This document shows, in pieces, positions 63,380-64,000 of a DNA stretch of 64,000 nt. The notes below the pieces were generated by a model. That model saw nothing but the letters and a program-made list of their open reading frames with translations, made no database searches and was not told the DNA's origin. The position numbers and the translations under genes were made by a program. Position 1 is the stretch's first letter. Every line of letters begins with the position of its first letter. This DNA comes from Octopus sinensis (Eukaryota): positions 117,304,001-117,368,000 of the forward strand of contig NC_043002.1 of the NCBI RefSeq assembly GCF_006345805.1, read 5' to 3'.

Positions 63380-63990
63380 GGTGTTTTAAGAAATCAAAAA
63401 GTATCAGTGAGATTATGGCTGGGAGATAAGTTTACTCAAAGTAGCTGCCCTCAGTTTCCACTATGTACCTCAAGATGACTTTGGAACCTGATGTACACAT
63501 TCCTTACTATGTCTCTGGGAAAATCTTCAAGCACTTCCTTGATCTTGGCTGCCAGCTTGGCCTTGGTGTTGCAGGCAGTTGGTGTCTTTCTCAACTGCAC
63601 CACAAAGTAATTTATGGGATTACAATCAGGGTATTAGGTGGCCAGAAAATGGGGCTGATGAAGTCATAGAAATTCTTCAACCACTTCTGATTCTTTCTGA
63701 AGATAGGGCAAGGAACTGAATCCTGCTGCCACATATATAGCCTTTCGGCAGGAACCCTTTCTAGTCAGGGATTGCCCCCAGTTTCCAGTAGCTTCACATA
63801 GCCTCAAAGAAGTGAGGATGAACTGCAGATACAGTTAGAACATCTACTGTGTCACTTCTTGTTGGCCATGATTTGTAGTCTCTGTTGCAGCTATGCATAT
63901 CACATCTTACAACCTTTAAGTGCACTAAGTAGCAGTCATCATGTTGGCATTTTGATACAAATCAATAAAACAGGTAACTATTTTCTAATA
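63380..63990 (-). mobile_element. Decayed Tc1/mariner-like relic
   Basis: Minus-strand C-terminus VETEGSYFE, typical of transposase ends. Confidence 0.5.
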
Positions 63991-64000
63991 TTCAGATGGC

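Overview
AT-rich, repeat-dominated eukaryotic genomic DNA, most consistent with an octopus (cephalopod) genome. This is inferred from the abundant tRNA-derived SINEs, RTE-type LINE 3' tails ending in (GAT)n, Penelope-like and Tc1/mariner relics, and dense (AT)n/(AC)n microsatellites. There are no prokaryotic features, CRISPR array, rRNA or intact tRNA genes. Almost all ORFs in the six-frame track are transposon fragments or microsatellite translations. Recognisable content: a young 5'-truncated RTE LINE with one nonsense mutation (1-1660); a decayed RTE-X-like LINE; RTE-BovB-like, CR1/L2-like, Gypsy and Penelope-like relics; Tc1/mariner, pogo and hAT derivatives; Helentron/DINE-like elements; and more than 15 SINEs. 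Between the repeats is a set of short + strand exon candidates with splice signals, several in compatible phases, suggesting one or two unidentified multi-exon host genes (family not recognised). A CpG-retaining, promoter-like region lies at about 32.6-37.7 kb. The best structured-RNA signal is a set of type I hammerhead ribozyme motifs in inverted Penelope-like repeats (58.0/59.2 kb, 43.0-43.2 kb, 3.08 kb).
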